Source: Octopus vulgaris
Taxonomy: Eukaryota
Reading direction: 5' to 3'
Length of the DNA: 64,000 bases
Assembly: GCA_951406725.2 (NCBI GenBank)
Contig: OX597816.1
Location: 85,684,001 to 85,748,000 of the forward strand
A program made the position numbers and the translations under genes. This document shows positions 11,920 to 24,542 of this stretch, one piece after another. The notes below the pieces were generated by a model that was given only the letters and a program-made list of their open reading frames with translations, was not told the DNA's origin and ran no database searches. Each line of letters opens with the position of its first letter. The stretch's first letter is position 1.

Positions 11920-12998
11920 AACAGTTTGGTGCTGAATTTTCGTTTTTTGACATGCAGAATTCGAAATTGACAGCCATTTTTGTCATCACGTTAAGATTTT
12001 TAGAAACTTGTTCTATCGAATATCATTGTCTTTTTCGATAATGCAGCTTATAGGGAAAACGCATAGCATACAAACATACATATAAATGTTTTAGAATATT
12101 CGCTTAAAATTCTACTGAATATCTTGTAAAAAACCCATCGTTCTTTATTACGAATTTACGTTTGGAAAATTTTCTTTAGCGCTGAAACTCAGGAATACCA
12201 TTTGGCATGTTACAGCCAAATCTGCCATCATATTAAAATCACACCTGTCTTGACGCCTTTGTTCCATTGACTTTATGTCTTCAGGGATACCTTTTCCCTG
12301 CTCAACACTCGTTTCATCAAACTTTTCAGGAATTTATCAAGGAATATGTGGAGCTTTATGCTCATATTCACTCCCAAAATTTGGAAGTCTTCCAGCAGGT
12401 TGTCAACTAATTCGGCATATTTTGCTGATTGCCTATTGCCCATAAAGTATTTCACACCTATGACAAAGGAATTATACGCTGCTGCTTTAATGCCAATTCC
12501 AAAGTTCCCATCTTCCTTCAATTTTCTGGTTTGAGGTCTATCAAATACTTCAGGTTTTCCCCATTTTCTTATTCAAATAGGGGATATATGCTACAGATAA
12601 ATTGAAAAGACAGTCCAGATTTATGTAGAACTTGAAGCAACTGCTTCGAAATGACCAGTTTGGTATGAAATAGAGTTAAGATGTTTTTCCCCAGTTGAAC
12701 TCAGAGGTTTTTAACCACATTAACATAACCTGATGTCATTCAGTGATCACCCAATGTTTTCCCTTGCCTCTGCTCTCCCATATACACAAAACGCATGAAT
12801 ACTTTGCATATCCAATCTCTTGCCCCAGAACAATTGACCATTTTAAAGTCCACGCATATCACCCACTGTTGGTTAGGATTTCACAACTTCTTATTTTACG
12901 CTTAGTTTTGTAGAGTCAGCAGAGGCCAATATATTTTTATTATGAAGCAGAACACATTTCAAACATCCTTTCGTGCTATCAAGAAATCAGCGCCAGAG
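11920..12998 (-). mobile_element. Degraded Chapaev3-like (CMC superfamily) DNA transposase relic
   Basis: WR*FLDSTKGCLKCVLLHN, WVICVDFKMVN, LGQEIGYAKYSCVLCIWESR, FMGNRQSAKYAELVDNLL...GVNMSIKLH, MEQRRQDRCDFNMMAD. Many frameshifts. The family name is from recalled motifs. Confidence 0.75.
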
Positions 12999-13044
12999 TT
13001 CATTAATCAATACATAAAATTTTAATAAATAGTCAAAAAAACCG

Positions 13045-13087
13045 CCACTACAATCGTTTCTTGTCTTGATCGACAATCTTCAGGTGG
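13045..13087 (-). ncRNA. Minimal type-I hammerhead ribozyme, intact core
   Basis: Minus strand: ccac CUGAAGA uuguc gaucaa gacaa GAAA c gauu g UA gugg. Stem I ccac/gugg, stem II uuguc/gacaa, cleavage triplet GUA. Confidence 0.88.
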
Positions 13088-13089
13088 AC

Positions 13090-13143
13090 TTCAATAAGTC
13101 AGTTTCAAATTACGTGTGTATATATGTGAGTGTGTGTACATGT

Positions 13144-13193
<50 letters not shown>

Positions 13194-13217
13194 TTACGGA
13201 GATATTACTAAACATAC

Positions 13218-13248
<31 letters not shown>

Positions 13249-13473
13249 CATACATACATACAAACATACATACATACATACATACATACATACATACATA
13301 CATACGTACATATATATGTATCATATATATATATATATATACATAAGTACCTATACACATATACATATACGTATACACACGCAGACAGAAACACACGTAT
13401 AATGTATACTAATAAATTGCATAAGTTATGTTTGTAATAACATGAAACAAATTGAAGATATGGTTCTCATTAT

Positions 13474-13559
<86 letters not shown>

Positions 13560-13819
13560 CAAATAAAAAGGTATCTCAATAGAGTATGCTAAAATAATGT
13601 AATATTACCATACATTTAACGATGCCAGTTAGGTTCGTCACACCCACACCCACACAGACACAGACACACATATACGTGTGTGTATGTATATCAGGATATT
13701 ACATCAATTTCTCTCGCTCTCTCTCTCTCTCAATATATATATCTGTATATATATATATACATACATACATATATATATATATTATATTATATTTATTATA
13801 TTTATTCCCTAATATTTAT

Positions 13820-13864
<45 letters not shown>

Positions 13865-14356
13865 CTTATGTATTTATATATACATATATATAAGCATATA
13901 TTTGAAAAAGAAAGTTAAATTATTTGTATATAATGAGATATATAAATTATGTTGACATTTTCATTTCTTATTTGTTTGATGGACAATTTACCGTCAATAC
14001 GAATGGTTCGATGTCGCCGTCTACTCACATGAATTGTCTCTACTTACTTTCATATAAAACGGATTACAGACGTCCATAATGTAAGAATGTTGGAATGTAC
14101 TTTATTAAAAATTACTTTATTAAAAATTCCCTTAGAAAGTTTTGATATGTAGTTTTATCATCAGTTATGTGTTTTCTCTGCTTTGTCTGGGTTATATGCT
14201 GTTTCTTTTTCTTGTTTCATGAGATACCTATGTAAATATTGGAAAGAGATGAAGAATTGTATACATTTGTATATATATTTTCATATAAGAAGTAAAATCA
14301 TAGTTGAATGTTGTGGAAACGACTTTTAGGAATATCTCCGTAAATACACACACACA

Positions 14357-14395
<39 letters not shown>

Positions 14396-14428
14396 ACATG
14401 TATACACACTCACATATATACACACGTA
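13090..14428. repeat. ~120-bp inverted repeat pair (13090-13211 / 14324-14428) around microsatellite-rich DNA
   Basis: tacgtgtgtatatatgtgagtgtgt...tatttacggagatatt(a/c)ctaaa occurs in opposite orientations. Confidence 0.75.
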
Positions 14429-14556
14429 TATGAAAAGACATATATATATATATATATATGTTACCTGTGTATAATATTGGTTATGAAATAGAAAGGAATT
14501 TCTTAATATTCATGTTTTTTTGCATGTGTTACGCCAATTAAATCAGCATCACCGTT

Positions 14557-14597
<41 letters not shown>

Positions 14598-15494
14598 ATT
14601 CATGGTTGTTGTTGCTAATGCATTTGTGGTGGTGGTGGTGTTGGAGGAGGTAGTTGTCTCATCGAGGTGCTGCTAAGTATATTTTTGTCTGTTTAAGTGC
14701 TTAGAATTTTGGAATTTTGTTATATACTATTTGTTTAAATCAACCACAGTACACATGACTGGTTGGCATTTTGTTTCACAACTATGGCGGGGAAACAATG
14801 AGCCATAATTGCCTCAATAAACCTCATATTTTACAAATGTTGCCCCGCTCTATGGATCTCCTATACTTTAGATCTCTTTGGAGAGAATGTTTTCCTCCGG
14901 TTAAAATTTCCCATTGCCCTCATGGTCAAATGGTTAGAGAATAGGGCATGCCATAGCTAATGATGCCCTAAAATGCCTTGAGGCTACGAGATATACGGCG
15001 TTTCGTCGACGGTAACCATGTGTGGTTAACTTTTGCTAAACGCTATCTTCTGTTCTTCATCACATTCATAGTACAGGAGACCTGGATCAAAGCGTAGAGG
15101 AAGAGTGTAATAGAAAACTATAATTTTGTCAAGGACTCATAAACTTCGGCCTGTTGGGAAACGCGGTTGGTATATATTTCACCATGACGTTCTATATAGG
15201 GTTGATGATGATTAATTGCGATGACGTGGGGGAAAATTTGGGCGTCTTTGAAAACCAATTGGCTTATCTTTCCTATGATTTTGAACCTGGGTCCATGCTT
15301 GTATAAGTTGTGAGACATCTGACCTGGCATTGGTATAGGATGTGGTGGCATGAATGGTTGGTTCAGTCGAATCTCTAAATGTATGGTAATGCAGTCCATT
15401 GCCCCAGCCGGTGAGGCTCATATATCAAAACCATACGCTTAACTTTTTCTGTGCTTTTTCTTGTACGTCTAATTCTGGAATTTGTTGTATTTGG

Positions 15495-15835
15495 AATTCA
15501 CTTGGATATTCATTAGCTTTTTTTTTTTACTAAGTGTAATGCTTTCTTGTTTTCATGCATTAAGACGAGTTTTAACTTCCAGAGTAATTCAGGTAGTTGT
15601 CTAGGCCAACTGACACAATTTTCCTTGCTAATTCCAGTTGGAAAAGTCCACGGCCACCGTCTTTTCTTGGCAGGTAAAGTCGTTCTATATCTGCCTTAGG
15701 TTGGTGCATTGTATGTACTGTCAGCAATTTTCGTATTTTTCTGTTAAGATTACATATTTCAGTAACTGACAAGTTAATGACATTGAAACTGTAAGTTACA
15801 GCTTGTATGGCTAACATATTGATCGCTTGGATCCT
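15495..15835 (-). mobile_element. R4/Dong-like RLE LINE fragment
   Basis: AVTYSFNVINLSVTEICNLNRKIRKLLTVHTMHQPKADIERLYLPRKDGGRGL. Confidence 0.85.
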
Positions 15836-15837
15836 AT

Positions 15838-16094
15838 ATTTCTTTCTTCTTCTTCTTTTTCTTCTTCTTCTTCTTCTTCTTCTTCTTCTTCTTCTTCTTC
15901 TTCTTCTTCTTCTTCTTCTTCTTCTTCTTCTTCTTCTTCTTCTTCTTCTTCTTCTTCTTCTTCTTCTTCTTCTTCTTCTTCTTCTTCTTCTTCTGTTTCT
16001 TCTTCTTCTTCTTCTTCTTCTTTTCTTCTTCTTCTTCTTCTTCTTCTTCTTCTTCTCCTCCTTCTTCTTCTTGTTCTTCTTCTTCTTCTTCTTC

Positions 16095-16125
<31 letters not shown>

Positions 16126-16142
16126 CATTTTTTCTTCTTCTT
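15838..16142. repeat. (TTC)n/(TTA)n microsatellite
   Basis: Directly visible. Confidence 0.95.
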
Positions 16143-16290
16143 TCAAAGTTGCTTCCATTTCTTGCCGAGTGTCTTCCCGACTCCTAGGACAAAGAAACTC
16201 ATAGTATACATTGGTAGGCCATTAAACTAAACTCACTAGTTCGTTCAATTTTTTTATAGAAATAAAGTTAAATTAAAATACATACTCTCC

Positions 16291-16487
16291 TTACTCTTTA
16301 CTATTTCAGTCATTTACTTGTTTCAGTCATTTGACTGCGGCCATGCTGGAGCACCACCTTTAGTCGAGCAAATCGAGCCCAGTACTTATTCTATCGGTCT
16401 CTTTTGGCGAACCGCTAAGTGACGGGGACGTAAACACACCAGCATCGGTTGTCAAGCAATGCTAGGGGGACAAACACAGACACACAA

Positions 16488-16572
<85 letters not shown>

Positions 16573-16737
16573 TACGACAGGCTTCTTTCAGTTTCCGTCT
16601 ACCAAATCCACTCACAAGGCATTGGTCGGTCCGGGGCTATAGCACAAGACACTTGCCCAAAATGCCACGCTGTGGGACTGAACCCAGAACCATGTGGTTG
16701 GTTAGCAAGCTACTTACCACACAGCCACTCCTGCGCC
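16291..16737 (-). mobile_element. SINE family B, near full length
   Basis: Head ggcgcaggagtggctgtgtggtaag (A-box), gggttcagtccc (B-box), CORE-like ttgggcaagtgtct, internal (TA)n(TG)n. Confidence 0.92.
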
Positions 16738-16753
16738 TGGGTAGTAATATTTC

Positions 16754-18060
16754 TCACTTCGACAATGCTCTTCTCAATACGTGTGATGTACCAGTTAAGA
16801 CAATCTTTTGCACTTCTTGCAAGAATAGTAAGCTAGGGATCATTCTCATATAATTTTCGGTTCCCTTCTTGATCATTCCTAGTGCTCCTACGATCACTGG
16901 TATTGTAACCGCCTTGAGATACCACATTTTCTCAATTTCAATGAGCAGGTCTTTATATTTTCTGAGCTTGTCAAACTCTTTCGCCGAGATGTTATGATCA
17001 CAGGGGATGCTCATGTCGATCAATAAACAAACCTTATTGTTTTGGTCTTTCACAAGAATATCCGGTTTATTAGCTTTGATGGTTCGGTCTGTATGTACTG
17101 GAAAGTCCCACAGATTCGTTACATTTTCTCCTTCAGTTACAGCTGCAGGGTGGTGATTATATCACTTGTCGGCAGTTTTGATATTGTAATGCCGACTTAT
17201 TAGCCAGTGTCGATATTGGCCAACTCTGTCTTAATTTATACTCCACTGGTGCTAAGACTTTACATCCAGAGATTAGGTGGTCCACTGTTTCAATCATGTC
17301 GTTGTAGAATCGGCATTTTGGGTCTGCTCCATTTTTCATCACATTGGCCTGGTAGTTCCGGGTTAATAAGCTTTGATCTTAAGCAGCCAGGATGAAACCT
17401 TCGCTCTCTGCTTTTAGCCCTGAGCTCCGTAGCCACTGATAGCTTTGCTTCTGGTCAACATCAGCTTGTTTGCTACAGGCCACATATTCGCCGCGCAGAG
17501 GTTTCTCCTCCCACCTATCAGCCAATTGCTCGTGCGCTTTTTTCGTTGCCATTATTTTCACCTTCTTTGCAACAATAGTTGCCGTACTTCCCTCGAGTTG
17601 TTCAGTTTGGGTATCCTGCACGAGATCAATAGCAATTTTTTTGCTTTCCTTTATGATAGAATGAAGCTTCTTTCGTCTCTCGTGATTTTCCAAGAGCTTT
17701 AGCATCCAGTCATTCGTTATTTCAAGATATTTGGCCAGTCCAATTGTGGTTGTTTTGTAAGCTAGTTCAAATTGGATCAGGCCTCGACCTCCTTGGGCTC
17801 TGGGGAGGTAAAGGCGATCCACGTCTGCCTTTGGGTGGTTCATCCTATTACAACTCAGCAGATTGCGTATTTTCCTATCTATATTCTTTACTTCACTCAT
17901 ATTCCAGTTCAACACATTGTAGCTATAAGTAACAACTGGAACTGCTAAGGAATTTATAGCTAACACCTTGTTACGTGCATTTAGTTCAGATTCCAGGACT
18001 GCTCGAACTCTCCTATAGCATTCCTTCCTGATCTTCCCTTTCATGCTTGCATGCTGAATA
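16754..18060 (-). mobile_element. R4/Dong-like non-LTR retrotransposon 3' part (RT thumb, CCHC knuckle, restriction-like endonuclease)
   Basis: HPKADVDRLYLPRAQGGRGL, LKAESEGFILAA*DQ, CRFYNDMIETVDHLISGC, KPDILVKD..LIDMSIP..KLRKYKDL..IPVIVGALG. Few stops and frameshifts. Confidence 0.92.
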
Positions 18061-18061
18061 C

Positions 18062-18073
18062 CTATTATTATTA

Positions 18074-18172
<99 letters not shown>

Positions 18173-18242
18173 TTTCTACTTTTTCTTCTTCCTCTTCTAC
18201 TTCTTCTTCTTATTATTATTATCATTATTATTATTATTATTA

Positions 18243-18307
<65 letters not shown>

Positions 18308-18308
18308 T
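18062..18308. repeat. (TTA)n/(TAG)n compound microsatellite between R4-like elements
   Basis: Directly visible. Confidence 0.95.
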
Positions 18309-19145
18309 ACTGTCTTTACACAGCTTGTATCCCTGGAGATGTACTACGTTGTCAGTTGTACACTATCAGTGAACTAAAGCAACACCCCTTATTTTTCGAG
18401 CACCATCCGAAGTATTCGAGCGGTTCCCAACAGTGCTGTTTTCAGCAAGTGCTCCACCCTTATAGCAGCTTCTATTTATTCCGTGTACTTCTCAAGATTT
18501 TTTTATCACTGTCCCCAGGGCTCTGACAATTATTGGTACCAATACCAACTTTTTCATCGACCACAACTGCTTGACCACCCAAGCTAATCTTTCATATCTA
18601 TCGAGTTCTCTTTCTTCCTTATCGCATACCCAGTTTTCAGTTGGATATGCTATATCTATGATCCAGCATTGTTTGCTTCCTTTCTCAATTAACACTATGT
18701 CTGGCTTCTTATTCTCTCTCTCATGGTCGCACTGATACCAGTAGTTTTCATCTGCGTGCTCCACGTCTGTGAAACTTGAATTTCGAGATCTTTGTATTTT
18801 GACAATTTCTCCACTGTTTTTGCGCAATATTTTGGCCAGAAGAGATTGAAATCTTTATCAGTAAGGGGAATTTTCTTCCAATCCTTCATTATTATGTCTG
18901 GGCTCTTAGAGTTTGCTTTTTACCAGACATACCCCGGATGATTATGACCTGGTCGTTGTCATGTACCTTGTTTGGTACAGGTTTATACCGTTTCTCATTA
19001 GTTTTTTTTATATTGTAGCTTAGGTATGTTGTTCAGTGAATATAACTACTTACTTGATCATATATCTATATATATATATTCAGATTTGGCAAGGAGTGGA
19101 CAACCAGAGATGATATGGTCAACTGTCTTATTGTACTGGTTGCAT
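18309..19145 (-). mobile_element. R4/Dong-like LINE 3' ends (probably two fused fragments)
   Basis: VDHIISGCPLLAKSEY and PDIIMKD, then a second RLE: KPDIVLIEKGSKQCWIIDIAYP...VPIIVRALG. The 3' end runs into (TAA)n. Confidence 0.8.
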
Positions 19146-19316
19146 ATTTCCTCCCCAGTCTCCACATCTCTTTCTAGTTTGTTGGTCTGTGCTCCATATA
19201 TTAAACAGTTTACCTTATTTCATTACACGTGGGTGGAATCTGTGAGTTAATTGTGTTGTTATATTCCGCTATATGTTTTCAAAATGGCAAAGATAGGTGA
19301 TCAACTAAACGATAAT

Positions 19317-19728
19317 CTTTACTCTCTTTTACTTGTTTCAGTCATTTGACTGCGGCCATGCTTGAACACCGCCTTTAGTCGAGCAAATCGACCCCAGAGC
19401 TTATTTTTTGTAAGCCTAGTACTTATTCTAAAGGTCTCTTTTGTCGAACCGCTAAGTTACGGGGACGTAAACATACCAGCATCGGTTTTCAAGCAATATT
19501 GAGGGGACAGATACATATACACAAACATATACACACACATACATATACATATTTATATACATATGTGACGGTCTTTTTCCAGTTTCTGTCTACCAAATCC
19601 ACTGACAATGCTTTGGTCGGACCGAGGATATGATAGAAGACACTTGCCCAAGATGCCAGGCAGTGGGACTGAACCCGGAACCATGAGATTGGTAAGCAAG
19701 CTATTTACTACACAGCCACTCCTGCGCC
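19317..19728 (-). mobile_element. SINE family B, near full length
   Basis: Colinear with 16291-16737. Confidence 0.92.
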
Positions 19729-20634
19729 TCTTTCAGTGCTTTTGTTGAAAACTACTGTCGATCTTTTAAAATTCAAATAAACGAAATCAAATTATCATAT
19801 ACAATTTCATGGTCGTTCATATGAAGTCATATTTTAGATTCCAATGCGCTTATGAAAAATTCTTTTCGGTGATATCACCTATGTTTATTTTCATTTTGTG
19901 TGGATATGTATCTTTTATACAATGATTCTTCAACTTCTCAGAATATTAAATGTAAGACGGGAGAAACTCCTCTATAACAATTCTTTGAAAAGTTTCTCTA
20001 TGCGACGTAATATACTTCCTGGTGTTTCGATTCTTTGCAAACATCAAAAGTTAAAATCTTATTGAGTCACACATTTCTCACTTTCAAACCGTTCCCGTTT
20101 CAGTCAATCGGTTTATTCTTTGTCAGAAAATCGTGTAACATCGTTGTAAACATCGAGATGACGTGCCAATTTGCACTTACAATGATTTTATGTTCTATGT
20201 CATATAATCTGATATAACTACTTGTATTAAAAATCGATTTATAGCTGTTTTAAATGTAGAATTGACGCATGCAGAAAATTTACAGAAAATAAATAGAAAC
20301 AAAGCAATATAGAAGCCAAATTGTATATATTATATTATATCTGTTTGTACAGAAGTGTGTTAAAGTTAAATCAGTAATTATGGATTACTTCTTAATTTTG
20401 AATATATTAATATTCAGTGATGAAAGTGTTTGCTTTAGTACAAACATTTAGGAAAATATTATTGTTTGGGAAATAATATTATATGATGGTGTGACTAGGA
20501 ATATTTTCATCGAGCATAACGTCTAATGATGAGTTTAGCTAGTACTTTACTTTAAGGGACATACATACATACATACATACATACATACATACATACATAC
20601 ATACATACATACATACATACACGCATACATATAT

Positions 20635-21379
20635 AATAATAATAATAATGTTCGTCCTTCGGTTCGAAGATGACCAACTGACATCATCTGATGGAACTGC
20701 CGCCATGAGACCGGAGGTGGCTGGTGAGGCCAATCCGGGCAAGGAAGCCCCTCCCACAGGTGGGGCAGAAGTGGGTAGGGGCAGTGCTACTGGTGCCAAC
20801 GGCTCTGACTTTACGCATCTGACGTTTCTGCTCCGCTGACCGAATCCGTCCCTCCTCGGCTGTCCCTGCTCCCACGGTGATTCCGCTGCGCCAGGATGAG
20901 CGGTTGGCAGCAAGTGTCTCCCAGGTCTCTGTTCCGATGGAGAAGTCTTTGAGAGAGACCTTGAGACTATCCTTGTAGCGCTTTTTCTGACCTCCGACTT
21001 TGCGCCTGCCCTGGCCGAGTTCACCGTAGAAGAGCTGTTTTGGGATGCGAGTGTCGGACATGCGGGAGACGTGGCCCGCCCATCTCAGCTGGGCCTTGCG
21101 CATGATTGTGATGGTGCTAGGGAGATCTGCCTGCTTCAGAACTTCCGTGTCTGGGACTTTGTCCTGCCAGCGGATGTGAAGGAGATTCCGAAGACACCTG
21201 AGATGGAAGTGGTTTATCTGGCGCTCGTGCCTTCGGTAAGCAGTCCACGTCTCGCAGCCGTATAGTAGGGTGGTAAGCACGACTGCCCGGTAGACTTTCA
21301 GCTTGGTGTTGAGGCTGATTCCTCTCCGCTCCCAGACTTTCTTTCGCAGTCTCCCAAACGCGCTGCTTGCCTTGGAGAT
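20635..21379 (-). mobile_element. 5'-truncated RTE/BovB-clade LINE (second family), uninterrupted ORF remnant
   Basis: ISKASSAFGRLRKKVWE...LLYGCETW...QLRWAGHV...CPTCGRGFLARIGLTSH. 3'UTR gtcatcttcgaaccgaaggacgaac followed by an (ATT)n tail. Confidence 0.95.
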
Positions 21380-21866
21380 ATATGCATGATTACATATTTA
21401 CATACATATATCTATCAATCAACTTCCTCTCTCTCCTTATTTCTCTCTCTTTCCCTCTTCCTCTTTATCTATAGGTCTATTCATATATATATATATATTT
21501 TTTTTTTCTCTCCTTGTATCTTTCTGTGTTCCTTTCTTTGGAAGAGCGTAGGCTCGTAACTTTAAAGACTTTTTCACTTCCCGAGCGTTATAATAATACA
21601 TCTGTCTGTTGTCTACGCCAACTGTCATCGTCTTTTGCTGTTTTTTTTTGTGAATTCTTCATATATATATATATATATATATAATTTTCGTTATAAGATA
21701 TAATGCTGTCATTGAGATCCAAAGGTGTCAGGTAATGCTGAATAAGTGCCATAGACAGACCATAGTTAAGTTCCAGATTCGGCAATATTGCGAATAAAGG
21801 GTTCAGCGTGTGTATATAAGAATTTTTGCGTAATAAGATAGAAAAAAACAAGGCTGTGTAGATATC

Positions 21867-22178
21867 AAGCCTAGTACTTACTCTATCGATCTCTTTGATG
21901 AACCGCTAAGTTACAAGGACGTAAACACAACAGCTTCGGTTGTGAAGCAGCGATTTTGGGGTACAAATATAGACATACAACCATATACATACTCATACAT
22001 ATATATACATATATACGACGGGCTTCTTTTAGCTTCCGTCTAACAAATCCACTCACAAGGCTTTGATCGGCCCGTGGCTATAGCAGAAGACACTTGCCCA
22101 AGATGCCACGCAGTGGGACTGAACCCGTAACCATGTGATTAGTAAGCAAGTTACTTACCACACAGCCACTCCCGTGCC
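21867..22178 (-). mobile_element. SINE family B, 3'-truncated
   Basis: Colinear with the other family B copies. Confidence 0.9.
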
Positions 22179-22199
22179 TACATGTATATAAATATATTA

Positions 22200-22708
22200 A
22201 TAATAAATATTAGGGAATAAATCCAAACTTACAGGGAAAAATCAGATATAGGATTGAATCCAATTTTATAGTAAAATATTATATTATATTAAATTAGAGA
22301 TAAAACCACTATTAGGCAAATCATACAATGAAAAACTTAAGCCAATACATAAGATTATTTAATTTATATTATTTAAATATATAACAAAATTATTAAAAAA
22401 ATATAATTAATATAACACTACGATCGTTTCATGGCTGTTAATTTCTTTAAATTTTCGAGTTAGTCATTCATCAATGTAAAGTTCATTGATAAAACCTCGC
22501 CAAGTTAAATATTTAAACCACCTGATGAATGACTGTAACTCGAAAATTTAAAGAAATTAACAGCCATGAAACGATCGTAGTGTTATATTAATTATATTTT
22601 TTTAATAATTTTGTTATATATTTAAATAATATAAATTAAATAATCTTATGTATTGGCTTAAGTTTTTCATTGTATGATTTGCCTAATAGTGGTTTTATCT
22701 CTAATTTA

Positions 22709-22716
<8 letters not shown>
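22200..22716. mobile_element. Non-coding fold-back element (arms ~22281-22472 / 22523-22715) carrying a hammerhead; PLE pseudo-LTR derived
   Basis: ~190-bp near-perfect inverted arms with a ~50-nt spacer. The left arm extends to the family terminus aataaatattagggaataaa. The right end abuts (TA)n. Confidence 0.88.
22519..22582 (+). ncRNA. Type-I hammerhead ribozyme with extended stem II, intact core
   Basis: cac CUGAUGA augacuguaa...uuaacagccau GAAA c gauc g UA gug. Stem III is the palindrome acgaucgu. Confidence 0.8.
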
Positions 22717-22770
<54 letters not shown>

Positions 22771-23190
22771 TATGTCTGTACGTATGTATGTATTATGTAT
22801 GTATGTATGTGTATGTGAGTGTATATGTACGCATAGAAATAGCTGTGTGCGTGTATGTTTGAGTACACCTTTTCTTTTTCTTCCTTCACCGTGGCTGTGT
22901 GTGGTGCTCTTGATTATTATCTAAATATAAACGCATCATCCAAACATAAGATTTGTACTATTTAATTCATGTGCCTCAAGAACTACTTATATGTGTATCT
23001 AACATGTAAAATATTGTAATTTCACTTAGCAAATGAAGCACGAGTAATAGTGAAATAAATCATTCCCAAGATGTTTTCCAATTTCTTGTTGTGGTGTATA
23101 TGTGTGTGTATGTGTGCATGCATGCATGCATATGTATGTATATACACACTCAAACAAACACACACGCACACAATAACACAAACACATATA

Positions 23191-23473
23191 CATCTGTAAA
23201 TAATAAGATTTTATAAGCTTAAAGCTTATAAGCGACGGCCGTGCATTGCCAAAAGTAAATAGTCTAATATTAGGGCATATAAGCTCTCGACGGAAAAAAA
23301 AGTAGGGTTGCTGTACGTATGGAATGGCTTGGTCCCATGCATACGGCAAACAGTACTTTTTCCGTCGAGGGCTTATATGCTCCAATTTGAGACTATTTAC
23401 TTCAGTCATTACACGGTGATCGCTTATAAGCTTTAAGCTTATGAAATATTTTTATCATTTATTTACAGAAGTG
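23191..23473. mobile_element. Whole-length palindromic MITE, probable TA TSD
   Basis: tctgtaaata..ataagcttaaagcttataagcga..gcatataagctctcgacggaaaaa is mirrored by tttttccgtcgagggcttatatgc..tcgcttataagctttaagcttat..tatttacaga. Confidence 0.8.
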
Positions 23474-23520
23474 TAAAATCGGCACTGCTCACCAAATAAT
23501 CCTACATATATGTACGTACA

Positions 23521-23571
<51 letters not shown>

Positions 23572-24496
23572 ACAGTATTAATGCCATTCATTCACGGAAA
23601 CAGGTGAATAGTATTGGTAAGGTTGACATTTACTTTGCTTATTCAATAAATTTGTTCTGAACCAAACAATACTTTGCTAAATTCATTAAAAAAAGATCAT
23701 TGGTCGCCTACATTTTGAGATATTATGATACAATCAAAAAAGTTACTATAAATATGTTTTTTTTTAATTAAGTAAAGACTAAATACAAAGTTTATGCAGT
23801 AGATTCTCCTTATCTCCTAAGTTCTTTTATCACAATTATTCTTGAATAAGCCGTTTCAATATATGAGATTTAACTTTCAAAACAAAGTCAAAATTTGGTC
23901 ACGCAAAAAGGATACATGACAAAAACTAATCACATCAATATGGTATAGATGTATCGTAGCGTCTTTAAGCTTGTAAATCTCTATGATCTACAAGCAAAAT
24001 TTACTATAATTTCTTTTAAATATGAGTAAATCCATTTCTAAACCAGCATCAGGTTTAGAAAGTTGAATGATACTCTATAATTTATACCTTCCAACGGCGG
24101 AAACTTAATGTCTTTCATTCTCCAGTTAGTACAACGGTTATTTCTTATCAATACCTAAAATTCTCTCTGATATTACATGTTTTGCAATAAATAACTGACA
24201 TTAGTATATATCTAATACAAACCTCCTACCTACCTAACTTCTCCTCACCAGAGTGTATCATATTTATTTCTTCTTTCAGAATTTGTCCACCTTTAAACTC
24301 CTAGCATCCATTTTCCCTCATATGGGTTACTATCTAACCATTCTCTCCGATCATGTATTTACCTAACGAATACCCAACCTCACTGGTTATAGCTGGACTT
24401 ATTCGGATCTCTATGGACTATGAATTATGTCAGAAACCACAACAAATATAGCTGACGACGAGCTTTCATTCCACTGTTACATATGCTCAACCCATC

Positions 24497-24539
<43 letters not shown>

Positions 24540-24542
<3 letters not shown>

